Below, one piece after another: positions 9,229-20,378 of a stretch of 64,000 nt of DNA. The stretch lies in assembly GCA_031291955.1 (NCBI GenBank), contig JARLIA010000005.1, positions 9,214 to 73,213 of the forward strand, written 5' to 3'. This stretch comes from Minisyncoccota bacterium (GTDB taxonomy: Bacteria; Patescibacteriota; Minisyncoccia; Moranbacterales; UBA2206). The notes below the pieces were generated by a model. It was not told the DNA's origin, did no database searches, and was given only the letters and a program-made list of their open reading frames with translations. Position numbers and translations under genes: made by a program. Within the stretch, counting starts at the first letter, position 1. Every line of letters begins with the position of its first letter.

Positions 9229-9302
9229 GAAGTTTAAACCTGCTTGTGAAATTCCCAAGGAATTGCGCAATGGGGAATATTGAATTCAATGGTCTTATTT
9301 TT

Positions 9303-12300
9303 TTATTTCTCCTCTTTCACAAAAGTGACAAACAACACCGGCACCAGAAAGAGGGTGAGGAAAGACGAAAGAAGCAGGCCGAAGATGATGGCGGATCCAA
9401 GCGCGCGCCAGAGTTCATTGGAAAGAGTGATTGGGATGATGCCAAAGATAGTGCAGATGGAAGTGATGAAGATGGCCTCCAAGCGGGACTTGCCGGCGTC
9501 GACGACCGAATCGACGAAAGGAATTTCGCTTTTCAAGTTGAGATTTATCTTGTCGATAAGAATGATGGCGTTTTTGACCACGATTCCGAAAAGCGCCAGA
9601 ATCCCGATCAGCCCCGGAAAGCTCAGGGAGATGCCGAAAATCGCCATGCCGATGAATGTTCCGATGAGCGCCAGTGGCAGAGTCACCAGAACGATGGCGG
9701 CTTTTTTGAACGAGTTGAATTGAACGACCATTGTGGAGACGATCAAAAGCGCGGCGATCAGCATGGCTTGCAAGATGGATTGCACCGACTGGGTGTTCTG
9801 TTCGTTCTGTCCGCCGTAGGTTATTTCATATCCGCTCGGGAGGTGATAATTTTTGGCCAGCTTTTTTTGGAACTCGGCCAGCACTTGGTTGGCATTGGTC
9901 GTGCCGGAAACGTCCGCCGTCAGCATGACAGTGCGTTTCTGATCAAGGCGCGTAATTGATTCTACCGAAGGATTGAGTTCAATTTTGGCCACATCTTTAA
10001 TGAAGACGGGTTGGTTGGCGGTATTCAGAATTTCCAGGTTCTGGATCGCGTCCAGCGTCGGAATCTTGTTTTTTTCAAATTTGGCTACCACGTCAATGGT
10101 TTTGTTGCCGAGGATGACCGTGGAAATTTTAGTTCCGGAGATGGCCGTGCGGAGAGTGTTGCCCACGAGAGACGCATTCAGATTATAAAAAGCCATCTTG
10201 ACCGGATCGAGCGCGAAAGTATATTCAGCTGGCGCGTCTTTCAAAGAAATGTCGCTGTTGACGGTTCCCGGAATCGAATCAAGGAACGGTTTCAAGTCGG
10301 TGGCGATTTTGTCGAGAGTTGAGAGATCGTCTCCGGCAATCTGAGCTTGGAAAGCCGCGCCGGACGGCGGACCGCCACTAGGAGCTGAAACATTGATGGT
10401 CGCTCCTTGGATGTTGGCGAGATCGGCGCGGATCTCGTCGGCTAGCGTGTAAGACGGGATGCGTTTGGCGGTCGTGGGTGTCAGCTGAAGGTTGATCGAA
10501 GCGGTGTTGGAAGTGTCTTGAGAAACGCCGGTGTCCGAACCGTTGTTGCCAGGATTTCCGACCAAGGTTGAAAAGCTGGCGATTTCTTTATATTTCAAAA
10601 GTCGCGCTTCGACTTTTTGCGTGATGAGATTAGTCTCGTCCAAAGTCAGACCGACCGGCGCGCGGAGGCTGATGGAAAGCGTGTCCTCGTTCGAGGCTGG
10701 AAAAAATTCCGTTTTGAGAATTCCGGCAACCGGCAAGGAAACAGCCAAGAGAAAAATAATCAGGACGGCGGAGATGAAAAATATCCGGCGTTTTTTCGTT
10801 CTTAGGATTTTCCGCAAATATTTTTCATATACCGGAAGCGCCCGGTCGAAATGGATGATGCCGTGGATCAGGCGGCTGCCGAAACTAGCCGCCGCGTGGT
10901 TACCTTGGGTGCGCAGTTTCTGCTTTATGAGTTCGTCGTCTTTCCATTCTCTGTCGGCCAAAATCCTGTTTTCCTCAAGTTTTCTTTGGCCGATTCCGAA
11001 ATACCAGGCCATCATCCAGAGAATTATTATGAAAGTGAGGCCCGCCGCCGCGTAGCCGTAAACCGAATGGGTTGTGACGCCAAACAGGCCGATTCCCAAA
11101 AGAATGGCGGCGATGATCAGGAAGAATTTTTTGGTCAGCCGGATACGTTCCAGGACGGCCGCCAAGGGGTGGTTAATTGCAAGCGCGATAAAAAGCGAAG
11201 CGGCTAGAGTCACGGAAACGGTGATGGGGATGGAGCGGATGAACTGCCCAATGATTCCGGTGGACATGAGAAGCGGCAAAAACGCCCAAATGGTGGCCAA
11301 GGTCGTGGTGGTGAGCACGACCTTGAAATCGTTGAGCACCAAAAGGACCGCTTCTTCCGGCGTGAATTTTCCGGTCTTCATATATTGCTTAGTGGCCGAG
11401 ACGACCACAATCGCATCATCGACCAAAAGGCCGAGGGCCAAAAGCAAAGAAAAAATTGAAAGGAAGTTGAGAGATGTGCCGGTCGCGAGCATGACGCCGA
11501 AAGTGGCAAAAAACACCAATGGGATGGCCAGTCCCGCCACAAACGCTTCTTTCAGTCCAACGATGAGAAGGAGAACACCCACCACCAGCACCAGCGTGAT
11601 GAAAAAATCCCGCGTCAATTCGGAAAAACTCTGGTTGATCTGATCGGCCTGATTAAGGGTCGTGGCGGTGCTGATCCCCGGCGGAAGGGTGGCCAATTGG
11701 CTGGTGACAGAATTTTGGGCTGCGTCGATCGTATCCAAAATGGAACTGCCGGTGCGTTTCACAACTTGGATCGTCACTGAATTTTGTGGCGAACTGCCAT
11801 TTTTAGAGAAGCGCGACAGAACCGTTTTTTCCACGGCGGTTTCCTGGACGTCGGCGATATCTTTCAAATAAACGATTGCCCCGTTGCTTTCGTGAAGGAC
11901 GGGAATGTTTCCAAGGGCGGTTGCGGAATATACGCGGGCGTCGGCGCGGACCGGATAGTTGAATTGCCGGCCTTCGAAATTCCCGCCGGGAATGGCGTGG
12001 TTGGTGGCTGTGACGATCTGATTGGCTTGGTCGGCCGTGATGCCATATTGCGCCAATTTGTCGGGATCGTAAGAGATATCAAATTCATACTGATCGCCGC
12101 CGGAAACATCTACTTGCCTTACGCCGGGAATTTTTTCCAATTCGCTCTGGATATTTTCGGCGTAAGTCCGGAGCGTGAATCCGTCGTACGGACCGGTCAG
12201 CTCGAAAGTGACAACCGGCGTGTTGTCGAGCGAAATTTGGATGACTTGCGGATCATTGGCGTCCGTCGGGATGTCGTTTCGAATTGTGGACAATTGGTCG

Positions 12301-12761
12301 CGCAGCCGCCGAGTGGCGTCGTCAACATTCTGGTCGGAATCGAATTCGACCGTGACTGACGAAAAAGAATTGCTGGAGGTCGAGGTGATTTTGTTTATCC
12401 CGGCTACGCCGGAAATGTCCGTTTCGATTTTTTTTGTGACCAGTTCTTCGACGTCGGCGGGTGAAGCGCCTGGATAAACATCGGTGATGACGGCCACCGG
12501 AATGGTTACTTCCGGATTGGATTCGCGCGGCAGCTTCAGGAAAGAATAAATTCCCCAACCGGAAAGCAGGATGATCATCAAAATCACGACGCGAAAATTG
12601 GTGATGAAAAAATTGAACCAAGTTTTTCGAAGTTCCGGGCGGAATTTGAGTTTGGCAAGATAAGCCAAGTCGCTTGACCTGGAGGCGTCTTTTTTCTGGC
12701 CGGCTTCCTGGTCGTTTTTTGAGTCTTGATTTTTCATTGAGAAGATATTAGTTCTGCGCAA
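9303..12761 (-). CDS. RND-family efflux transporter permease (AcrB/HAE-like)
   Basis: 1152 aa, 12-TM architecture with two large periplasmic loops and conserved AcrB-family segments. Confidence 0.9.
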   Translation of the reverse strand: MRRTNIFSMKNQDSKNDQEAGQKKDASRSSDLAYLAKLKFRPELRKTWFNFFITNFRVVILMIILLSGWGIYSFLKLPRESNPEVTIPVAVITDVYPGASPADVEELVTKKIETDISGVAGINKITSTSSNSFSSVTVEFDSDQNVDDATRRLRDQLSTIRNDIPTDANDPQVIQISLDNTPVVTFELTGPYDGFTLRTYAENIQSELEKIPGVRQVDVSGGDQYEFDISYDPDKLAQYGITADQANQIVTATNHAIPGGNFEGRQFNYPVRADARVYSATALGNIPVLHESNGAIVYLKDIADVQETAVEKTVLSRFSKNGSSPQNSVTIQVVKRTGSSILDTIDAAQNSVTSQLATLPPGISTATTLNQADQINQSFSELTRDFFITLVLVVGVLLLIVGLKEAFVAGLAIPLVFFATFGVMLATGTSLNFLSIFSLLLALGLLVDDAIVVVSATKQYMKTGKFTPEEAVLLVLNDFKVVLTTTTLATIWAFLPLLMSTGIIGQFIRSIPITVSVTLAASLFIALAINHPLAAVLERIRLTKKFFLIIAAILLGIGLFGVTTHSVYGYAAAGLTFIIILWMMAWYFGIGQRKLEENRILADREWKDDELIKQKLRTQGNHAAASFGSRLIHGIIHFDRALPVYEKYLRKILRTKKRRIFFISAVLIIFLLAVSLPVAGILKTEFFPASNEDTLSISLRAPVGLTLDETNLITQKVEARLLKYKEIASFSTLVGNPGNNGSDTGVSQDTSNTASINLQLTPTTAKRIPSYTLADEIRADLANIQGATINVSAPSGGPPSGAAFQAQIAGDDLSTLDKIATDLKPFLDSIPGTVNSDISLKDAPAEYTFALDPVKMAFYNLNASLVGNTLRTAISGTKISTVILGNKTIDVVAKFEKNKIPTLDAIQNLEILNTANQPVFIKDVAKIELNPSVESITRLDQKRTVMLTADVSGTTNANQVLAEFQKKLAKNYHLPSGYEITYGGQNEQNTQSVQSILQAMLIAALLIVSTMVVQFNSFKKAAIVLVTLPLALIGTFIGMAIFGISLSFPGLIGILALFGIVVKNAIILIDKINLNLKSEIPFVDSVVDAGKSRLEAIFITSICTIFGIIPITLSNELWRALGSAIIFGLLLSSFLTLFLVPVLFVTFVKEEK

Positions 12762-13896
12762 TGTTCACCGGATCGCCGTCTTGGACAAGTCTGCTGCCGT
12801 TTAGGATAATTTTAGCGTTCGACGGAATGTCCGCTTTTATTTCGGCGGCTTCTCCTTCGACCGAAACAATAGCCGCGTCTATTTTTTTGGCTTTCCCGTC
12901 GCTGTCAATGAAAAGATAGCTGTTGTTTTGACCAACGGTTATGGCGGAAAGAGGCAAAAGAAAATCGCCGCTCACGCTCGGGTGTCGGGTTGTTTCGAGC
13001 GTGACTGTGGCCAGCGTGCCGGGGGCGAGCAATGGACCGACCGGGATTTGGCTTTGGGGGTAGGCTTCAAGGAGGAATCTTTTGGTGGCCGGATCGGCGA
13101 CGGGGGAGATGTTTTTGACCGAAGCAGTGATGTTTTGACCGCCATCGCTGACCACAGACACAATTTGGCCTTGGGGAAATTCCGCCAGGTGATCCGGGTC
13201 GACGAAAAATTGCAGTTTGACGTTTTTGGTCTGGCTGATCGTGGCGAGAGTTTGCCCGACATTCACCGAATCTCCGACTGAAACGGATTTTCCAATGATG
13301 AATCCGGCAATGGGGCTCGTGATGATGTGATCATCGAGTGTGCTTTTCAGGCTGACTCGCAAACCGCTGAGCTTGAGATTGTCGATATCGATCTGCTTTT
13401 GAGCGGCGTCTACCTGGGCTTTTGAAACTGTTTTGGCGAGCGTCGAGTTGTTCTGCTCTTGGTCGTAAGCTTTCTTGAGATCCTTATAATTTTTTTTGTC
13501 CAGGCTGAGTTGCTCGGCGGCTTGTTCTTTGGAAAACTGGGTCTCTTGGACTTGGCTGGACTGGAAATCCTCGTAGCCTTGGCCAAGCGTGTTTCCCGTG
13601 TCGTCTATCCGCGCCAAAAGAGAACCGGCTGAGACCTGATCGCCGAGACTAAACGGCACCTCGCTCGCGTTGCCGGCGGCTTTGGCGGTCACGGTTATTT
13701 CCTGATCGGAGGCGACTGTGGCCGGGTAGGTGAGAGTTTCCTTGAAATCATGGCTGTTGGCGGCTGTTTGAAAGGTGATGTCCAGTGGCGCCCGAGATTG
13801 GGATTGTGTCTCAGTCGGCGCTTTTTTGGAGAAGCGGTAGACAAGGAAAAAAATGAGAATGAGTCCGACAGCTGAAGCGATTATTTTCTTTTTCAT
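12748..13896 (-). CDS. RND efflux periplasmic adaptor (membrane fusion protein, HlyD-like)
   Basis: 382 aa. N-terminal anchor, coiled-coil hairpin, lipoyl and beta-barrel regions. Its stop overlaps the RND gene start. Confidence 0.85.
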   Translation of the reverse strand: MKKKIIASAVGLILIFFLVYRFSKKAPTETQSQSRAPLDITFQTAANSHDFKETLTYPATVASDQEITVTAKAAGNASEVPFSLGDQVSAGSLLARIDDTGNTLGQGYEDFQSSQVQETQFSKEQAAEQLSLDKKNYKDLKKAYDQEQNNSTLAKTVSKAQVDAAQKQIDIDNLKLSGLRVSLKSTLDDHIITSPIAGFIIGKSVSVGDSVNVGQTLATISQTKNVKLQFFVDPDHLAEFPQGQIVSVVSDGGQNITASVKNISPVADPATKRFLLEAYPQSQIPVGPLLAPGTLATVTLETTRHPSVSGDFLLPLSAITVGQNNSYLFIDSDGKAKKIDAAIVSVEGEAAEIKADIPSNAKIILNGSRLVQDGDPVNIAQN

Positions 13897-14026
13897 AACT
13901 GTTTTTGATAATTTTTTTATGATTCAACATAGGGAAGTCTATCAATTATATGGGCATCTTGTCAAAGAAAAAAAGCCATTGGGTTGAGTGAGTTGGCAGT
14001 AATAATAACCGGTAGTTACGATCTTA

Positions 14027-15823
14027 TCAGCTTTGCCTTTCTTCGTGCAAAAGCATGTTTATTGCATGAGACATGGAACCGGCGTGAGTGACTTCACCCG
14101 CGTTAATAAAGAAAATGTCGTCGGCGTTTTCGATGGTGTTGAGCCGGTGCGCGATGATGACTTTAGTTGTTTTTTTCGGCAAGTTGCTAATTATCTCTTC
14201 CAGCAACTGTTCCGTGACGGTGTCGATGTTGGCCGTGGCTTCATCTAAAATCAGAATGTCGGGACTCCGCAATACTGCCCGGATAAAGGCGATCAATTGT
14301 TTTTGTCCGAGACTGATAGCGTCTCCGCTTGAAACTACCTTGGTATCCAGGCCTTCGGAAAATCGCGCGAGCAGTTTTGTCAGATTGGCTTTTTCCAGCA
14401 TGGTGGTCAGCTCGGCGTTTGTATAATTATTGTAATTCCCGTTTCCATACAAGATATTTTCCCGGACCGTGCCGTTGAACAGGAATGGTTCTTGCAGGAT
14501 GAAGCCGATCTTTTTTGCCCTCTCGGCTGACTCGTAAAAACGAATGTCTTTTCCTTCTAGATAGATCGTGCCTAGAGTCGGATCGTACAGGCGCGCCATC
14601 AAAGAGGCTGTGGTGGTTTTTCCTCCGCCGGTCGGTCCAACCAGTGCATAGGTTCGGCCTTTTTGCAGAGAAAAGTTGATATTTTTCAAAACATCTTTTC
14701 CTGGAGTGTACTGGAAAGAGACGTCTTTGAATTCCAAAACAGTTCCCGAGGTGGCCGGCGTTCCAGCTGTCGCTTTCTTTTCGGACATCGTTTTTAGGTC
14801 CGACTCAAGGTCGAGAACTTCCGAGATGCGGTCCAGCCCGGCCAGGGCCAGCTGGAGAGAAGACCACACGGAAGCGAGCTGGCGAAGCGGGTTGTAAAAA
14901 TTATTGACGTAGAGCAAAAAACCGATAAGCAGTCCGACCGTGAACTGGCCAAGTGTTATGAGATAGATTCCATAGGCTAGAACAGTCAGCTGAGCCAGGG
15001 ACGAAGCCAGCACATAGATAGGATTAAAGATGTTGCTGGCCACGCCGGCCGCCACCGAGGCGGAATAATTTATCTCGTTGGACTCTTTAAATTTATTCCG
15101 GAAATAATCCAGGCGATTGAAGGCTACAATCACTTTGAAATTATTGATACTTTCCTGGATTTCCGCGCTCATGCCGCCCAAAGACCGGAGGCTTCTAAGG
15201 CTGGTGCGCTTGACCCAGGGAGAGAGAAGTTGGGTGGCGAGAAGGGCGATAGCCGCGGGTAAAAGCGCGACTAGACCGAGTCGAAAATTGATAAATATAA
15301 TGAAAATGCCCGTGCTGATGATAAGGATGATGTTGCTGACAAATTGCATCAGCGCCTGGGAGAAAAACTGGTTGAGCTTGTCGGTGTCGTTATTTATGCG
15401 CGAGATGAGATCGCCGGCTTTATTGGCATTGAAAAAAGACACTGGCAACTCTTGGAGTTTGCCAAATATTTTGTTGCGCAGATTGAAAAGCAATCGCCGG
15501 CCCATTCCTCCCATATTCAGAATCTGTATATAGCTGGAAACGAGGCCCGCGATAAAAATAATGGCCAGGAGGACTGAAAATAACAAGACCCCGTGGAAAT
15601 CTTTTCCCATGATGTAGACGTCTACGATATGGGCGATGATGATAGGCACGACCAATGAAACGGCGGAGTTGACAAGGATGGCCGTAAGGGCGATTGCCAC
15701 AGACCTTTTTTCTTCCGCCATAAGAGGCACCAGCCGGCGCCAGGCGGTAGTCAGGACGCTTTTTTCTTTTTCTTTCGCAAGGTCTGTTTTGGCAAGAGAA
15801 TAATCTGTCATATTATTTTTCAT
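14027..15823 (-). CDS. ABC exporter, fused permease-ATPase (MsbA-like half transporter)
   Basis: Six TM helices, then Walker A GPTGGGKTT, the signature LSGGQKQ, and Walker B ILILDEATANID. Confidence 0.9.
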   Translation of the reverse strand: MKNNMTDYSLAKTDLAKEKEKSVLTTAWRRLVPLMAEEKRSVAIALTAILVNSAVSLVVPIIIAHIVDVYIMGKDFHGVLLFSVLLAIIFIAGLVSSYIQILNMGGMGRRLLFNLRNKIFGKLQELPVSFFNANKAGDLISRINNDTDKLNQFFSQALMQFVSNIILIISTGIFIIFINFRLGLVALLPAAIALLATQLLSPWVKRTSLRSLRSLGGMSAEIQESINNFKVIVAFNRLDYFRNKFKESNEINYSASVAAGVASNIFNPIYVLASSLAQLTVLAYGIYLITLGQFTVGLLIGFLLYVNNFYNPLRQLASVWSSLQLALAGLDRISEVLDLESDLKTMSEKKATAGTPATSGTVLEFKDVSFQYTPGKDVLKNINFSLQKGRTYALVGPTGGGKTTTASLMARLYDPTLGTIYLEGKDIRFYESAERAKKIGFILQEPFLFNGTVRENILYGNGNYNNYTNAELTTMLEKANLTKLLARFSEGLDTKVVSSGDAISLGQKQLIAFIRAVLRSPDILILDEATANIDTVTEQLLEEIISNLPKKTTKVIIAHRLNTIENADDIFFINAGEVTHAGSMSHAINMLLHEERQS

Positions 15824-17582
15824 CTTTTAATTCGTATTGGTTGGTGCTTTGCTGCGAGCGGAAGATCTGGACGTATTCCGGAGACGTGCGGAGCAGTTCT
15901 TCGTGCGTGCCTTTGGCCAGCAGTTCTCCTTCCATGAGCAGGATGATCTGGTTGTAATGCTCGATAGACGAAATTTTTTGGGTGACGGATATGAGTGTGA
16001 GATCCGGATAATTTTGAGCGATATTTCCGAGGATGTTGCGTTCGGTGGCAGTGTCCACGCGTGCGGTAAAATCGTCCAGGAGGAGTATCTTTGGGTCGAG
16101 TGCCAAGGCGCGGGCCAGCATGATGCGCTGCTTTTGACCGCCGGAAAGACTGGTGCCTCTTTCTGAAACTATGGTGTCCAATTTTTGCGGCAAGGCGGCA
16201 ACGTAATCTTTCAATTGGGCGGTCTCGATCGCTTTTTCAATATGCCGGTCTTTGGCGGTGTTGCTGAAGGCAATGTTTTCCCGGAGGCTCATATTGAACA
16301 TGACGCTGTCTTGAAATACGAAACCGACCTGGCTGTGCAGACTTTCCTTGTCATATTTATCAATATCTTTTCCGTCAAAATATATCTTGCCCGTTGTCGG
16401 CGCCAGAAGGCCCGTGAGCAGGTAGAGCAGTTGAGTTTTTCCGGCGGCCGTCGGGCCGATGATGGCCGTCTTGCTGCCGGCCGGCACGGAAAAGGAAATG
16501 TCTTTGAGTGCCATTTTTTCTCCGAAATTAACCGAGACGCTCTTCACTTCGATATCTCCCTGGAGCGTCGCTTTGATCCCCTGGATTTTTTTTGGCACGG
16601 GCGCGTTGAGGACCAGTCGGATCCGTCCGTATGAAGCTTCGGCCTGGGCAATTAGGTTGCTTATAAATCCGAGAATGATTATCGGGAAAATAAGGATAGC
16701 CAGGTAGCTGTTGAAGGCCGTAAAATTTCCCAGTGACATATTATCCTGGATGACAAAATGCCCTCCCAGAAGAACTATCATCAGTGTAGCCAGATTGGTG
16801 AAAAAAGTGATGACGGGAATAAGACTTGAAAACAAGGCCAGGATTTCAAAGCTGATGTCTTTGGCTTGGGTGTTGGCGGCGAGAAACTTTTCGTTTTCAT
16901 GTCGCTGGGAATTAAGCAGGCGGATAAGCGCGCTGCCCAGGATGCTCTCGCTGATAACTTTGTTGAGCCAATCTATGGCTTCCTGTGATTTCACGAAAAG
17001 CTTTCGGACTTTTTTCAACACGAAAAAGAAGGTTAGCCCGATAACGGGCGTGATTGAAAGCACGGCCAGTCCCAGTTTCCAATCGGTGATGAGGAGCAGC
17101 ACTGAAACGCCGACAATCAAGAAAGCGGACGAAACGAGGGATGAAACGGCCGTCGAGACGAAGGTTTTGACCGCGTCCACGTCGGAAGTAAGATTGGTCA
17201 GAATTTTGGCTGGCGTGGCGGTTTCGATATATGCGTAAGGCTGTACTGAAATTTTTGCCGCGATATTATTGCGCATGTCCCGGGCCACTTTTTCGGAGGC
17301 GTAGACCTGGACGATATTTTGCAAATAGGTGAAGAGAAAGATGAGGAGGGCGATAACCGAAAATTCGACAACGAGATGGGAAATGAGAAAGCTGCCTTTG
17401 GTATAAGTGTCGATGGCGTTGGCGATGATTTTGGGAACCGCAATACTCAGCCCGTTGGCAATGACGGTAAGTGCCGCCAAAAGGACAATGATGCCCATGT
17501 ATTTTCTGAGCAATCCAAAAAGGCTCGGAGAATGGGAAGTGACAGTCTTGCCGCGGTCGTTAAGTTTTTTTTGTTCCTTCAT
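15813..17582 (-). CDS. ABC exporter, fused permease-ATPase (heterodimer partner)
   Basis: Walker A GPTAAGKTQ, signature LSGGQKQRIMLARAL, Walker B LLLDDFTARVD. It overlaps the neighbouring ABC gene and the marR gene. Confidence 0.9.
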   Translation of the reverse strand: MKEQKKLNDRGKTVTSHSPSLFGLLRKYMGIIVLLAALTVIANGLSIAVPKIIANAIDTYTKGSFLISHLVVEFSVIALLIFLFTYLQNIVQVYASEKVARDMRNNIAAKISVQPYAYIETATPAKILTNLTSDVDAVKTFVSTAVSSLVSSAFLIVGVSVLLLITDWKLGLAVLSITPVIGLTFFFVLKKVRKLFVKSQEAIDWLNKVISESILGSALIRLLNSQRHENEKFLAANTQAKDISFEILALFSSLIPVITFFTNLATLMIVLLGGHFVIQDNMSLGNFTAFNSYLAILIFPIIILGFISNLIAQAEASYGRIRLVLNAPVPKKIQGIKATLQGDIEVKSVSVNFGEKMALKDISFSVPAGSKTAIIGPTAAGKTQLLYLLTGLLAPTTGKIYFDGKDIDKYDKESLHSQVGFVFQDSVMFNMSLRENIAFSNTAKDRHIEKAIETAQLKDYVAALPQKLDTIVSERGTSLSGGQKQRIMLARALALDPKILLLDDFTARVDTATERNILGNIAQNYPDLTLISVTQKISSIEHYNQIILLMEGELLAKGTHEELLRTSPEYVQIFRSQQSTNQYELKDEK

Positions 17583-18036
17583 AAATTCGTTTATTGTTTT
17601 TTCTCGCTGCCAAGTTTCGGGCTATTTTGTCGAACAATCGGCAGTAGGATTCGAATTCCGTATCAGTCAACGCGTCAAAAACATGTGCCATGATCTCTAC
17701 GCGTTTTTCCCACAGTGTCCCCAGGTGCTTTTTGCTTTTGTCTGAAAGCGAGAGAGCGAGTGCCCGCTTATCATCGCTGTTCGTTTTTCTGACAACGTAT
17801 TTTTTTTGGACCAGGGATTCGACCAGTTGAGTGGCCGCGCTGGAAGTCATGCTAAGGGTCCGGGCGATTTCCTTGACGGTTGCTCCTTCGTTTTTCCGCA
17901 AATACTGAAGCACTAGCCACTCGGAAGCGGTGATATGGGTGCTTTTCAGAGAGGAAGACGTCCTGGCCAGTATCTTGCGTTTCAGAACTTGGATATCCTC
18001 AAGTAGCTTTTCGATCTGTTTTTTGCGCCGTACCAT
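17560..18036 (-). CDS. MarR-family transcriptional regulator
   Basis: 158 aa. Winged HTH with ASEWLVLQYLRKNEGATVKEIARTLSMTSSAATQLVESLVQKKYVVR. It is the first gene of the marR-ABC-ABC operon. Confidence 0.85.
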   Translation of the reverse strand: MVRRKKQIEKLLEDIQVLKRKILARTSSSLKSTHITASEWLVLQYLRKNEGATVKEIARTLSMTSSAATQLVESLVQKKYVVRKTNSDDKRALALSLSDKSKKHLGTLWEKRVEIMAHVFDALTDTEFESYCRLFDKIARNLAARKNNKRIYEGTKKT

Positions 18037-18179
18037 ATCGTTCTTAATTATGTAAGTATCTTAACTAATTACGGGGCGGCTGTCAATGAGGCCATATCCA
18101 ATGGGCAAAGTCCATTGCGGGATAATAAAAAAGGCATATCCGACCTTATCCGCGGGCGTTCGCTTGGCGGGACAGCTTT

Positions 18180-19916
18180 TTATCCGAAGGTGAAGGTGTA
18201 GGCTTGCGTTCCCGGTGTTTGAAACTCAAGCTTGAGAATGTGGCTCTCTGTTTTTCCATGCAGATCAACAATATTATATAATCGGTCAGTATCGACGGTA
18301 ACCGTGCTGTCTTTCACGTCCGCGCCGGCTTCCGCCGGATCAATAATCTTTCCATCGAGGAGCACCCTGACCTTGGCGGCCGCAGAACTATCCGAGTTAA
18401 GAATGATATAGACTTTGCTCGCGATAAAGTTGTAGTTCAGCGTCGCGCCGCTGCCAGCCACGGCATACTCATCGTTTATCGTCCACGTTCCGCCGTAACT
18501 GAAACTGTTCGGGCTAAGATTGTCCGACAGCGAAAATGTCTGTGTTCCGTTGCCCAAGCTCCCGCTCGGGAAGTAGTATTGCATTTTGGCCGAACCGATA
18601 TAAGTTTCCGGGGAAGTATAATTTTGCGGCGTCTGGTCGGGAACGGAAGACAGTGAGGCGGCAACGTTTCTCCCGGACTCCTTAAGCAAAGCTTGGATAG
18701 CCTGCTCCATCTGGTCGTATTCGCCTTCGCCGAAATGGGTCCGCCGGACCGCTCCCTTGGCGTCGATGAGATATTCCGCCGGCCAATATTCGTTATTATA
18801 ATTGTTCCAAGTTTTGTATTCATTATCCTGGGCGACCGGATAATGGATACCGTACATTTTGATTGCGTCCTGGACGTTGTTTGTGTCATGCTCGAATTGA
18901 AATTCCGGCGTGTGGACGCCAATCACCACAAATCCATCGTTTTTGTATTTGTCGTACCAGGCTGTCACGTGCGGCAGCGTGCGGATGCAATTGATGCAGG
19001 AATATGTCCAAAAATCAACCAGAACAACTTTCCCTTTGAGACTGGCGATGGTCGGCGGCGTGGAAGTGTCGAGCCACTTGTCTATTCCGACAAAATCCGG
19101 CGCCGAATAGTCCGCATTGAAAAGGCCGCTCGTTTTTGCTTCCGGCGCGGATTTTTTTCCCTTCAAGAGATCAAGCTGGCGCGTGACTAGTTGGCTGTTT
19201 TCAAAGCCGTTGACGGCTTTTCCGAGCGCCGGGTATCTATTCAGGAGATCCAGCTGCAGCGTCTGGTCATAGTTGGTGAAAATCGCGATCGCCGCCAGGA
19301 TCATCAGTACGCCGAAAGCCTGTTGGATTTTGGGCGTGTATTTATTCACGCCGCGCGCCCGAGCGACAAACTGCTTGCCGCCATAGGCGAACAGAAACAA
19401 CGGGACGCCGACCCCGGTGATGTAGGCTAGGGTGAGCAGGAGGACGGAAAAAGAAACTTGTCCGGTGGCCGATAGGGCCGCAATCGTTGCCAGGATCGGT
19501 CCCGCGCAAGGGGACCACAATATGCCAAGAGACAGCCCGGTGACAAATCCCGGCCAGAATCCGCTCCCGGTCTCGGCGGGACCGCGTCCGAAAATGTTGG
19601 ACAGCTTTGAAACAAAGATTTCAAATTTTTTTCCCAAAGCGGGAATGATCATGGTGAGCCCGAGAAAGGCGATGATGACAACCGCCAGCGTCCGCAGGGC
19701 GTCCGGATTAAAATGAAAGATACTGACGAGGTAGGAAATGAATAGGGTAAAAACCGTGAAACTCAACATGATGCCGAGCGTAACGCCGAGCGGCCGCTTG
19801 TGGCCAATTCCTCCGGCGATCGAAGAAGAGAGAACGATTGGCAGGACCGGCCAGATGCACGGGGCCAAAATTGTGACAAATCCGGCCAAAAATGCGAATA
19901 GGAGCAATAGAATCAT
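18180..19916 (-). CDS. DipZ-like protein-disulfide reductase (CcdA/DsbD transmembrane domain + thioredoxin-like domain + C-terminal domain)
   Basis: The N-terminal DsbD/CcdA membrane domain has LAPCIWP and SPCAGP cysteines. The central redoxin domain has the motif WTYSCINC. Architecture matches mycobacterial DipZ. Confidence 0.8.
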   Translation of the reverse strand: MILLLLFAFLAGFVTILAPCIWPVLPIVLSSSIAGGIGHKRPLGVTLGIMLSFTVFTLFISYLVSIFHFNPDALRTLAVVIIAFLGLTMIIPALGKKFEIFVSKLSNIFGRGPAETGSGFWPGFVTGLSLGILWSPCAGPILATIAALSATGQVSFSVLLLTLAYITGVGVPLFLFAYGGKQFVARARGVNKYTPKIQQAFGVLMILAAIAIFTNYDQTLQLDLLNRYPALGKAVNGFENSQLVTRQLDLLKGKKSAPEAKTSGLFNADYSAPDFVGIDKWLDTSTPPTIASLKGKVVLVDFWTYSCINCIRTLPHVTAWYDKYKNDGFVVIGVHTPEFQFEHDTNNVQDAIKMYGIHYPVAQDNEYKTWNNYNNEYWPAEYLIDAKGAVRRTHFGEGEYDQMEQAIQALLKESGRNVAASLSSVPDQTPQNYTSPETYIGSAKMQYYFPSGSLGNGTQTFSLSDNLSPNSFSYGGTWTINDEYAVAGSGATLNYNFIASKVYIILNSDSSAAAKVRVLLDGKIIDPAEAGADVKDSTVTVDTDRLYNIVDLHGKTESHILKLEFQTPGTQAYTFTFG

Positions 19917-20158
19917 AGTATTTCTTTGATGAGTTTAGAATTGTTTATGGAAAAATATGGAGCATTGAACGCGAAAAAAAAGATATCTTAATTATTACAA
20001 TTTTAGCATGGAAAATTCCATGTTCCCAATTAGGAATAAAAAACCAAGATTGCTTAAGTCTTGAAAAATTTTTCTCCGCGCTTTGGAGGAAGTCGGAACT
20101 TCTTTTATAAAATCCAACAGCCAAAGCCTGCGGTGAAAACTTCCATTTAGTAGCATTT

Positions 20159-20371
20159 ATGGTCTTTTCTTTAGCTAACAGGGCTTTGGAAATTTTCGAA
20201 AGTTCTGAAGTAAATGAAAAACGACAGCTCTTGAGTTTTCTACTTCAGAACTGTCGCCTTCAGGATAAAAAGCTTTTATTTGAGCTACGTTCGCCCTTTA
20301 ATGACATACTCGAATATGCTCATTATCCTTCTATGCTCCACGAACTGGAAAGAGTTCGAATCTATTTGTAA
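20159..20371 (+). pseudogene. possible C-terminal remnant of a large serine recombinase
   Basis: The 70-aa ORF EKRQLLSFLLQNCRLQDKKLLFELRSPFND resembles the extreme C-terminal tail of large serine recombinases. The reading frame is open upstream but has no start codon and no catalytic domain. Confidence 0.25.
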
Positions 20372-20378
20372 AAATAAG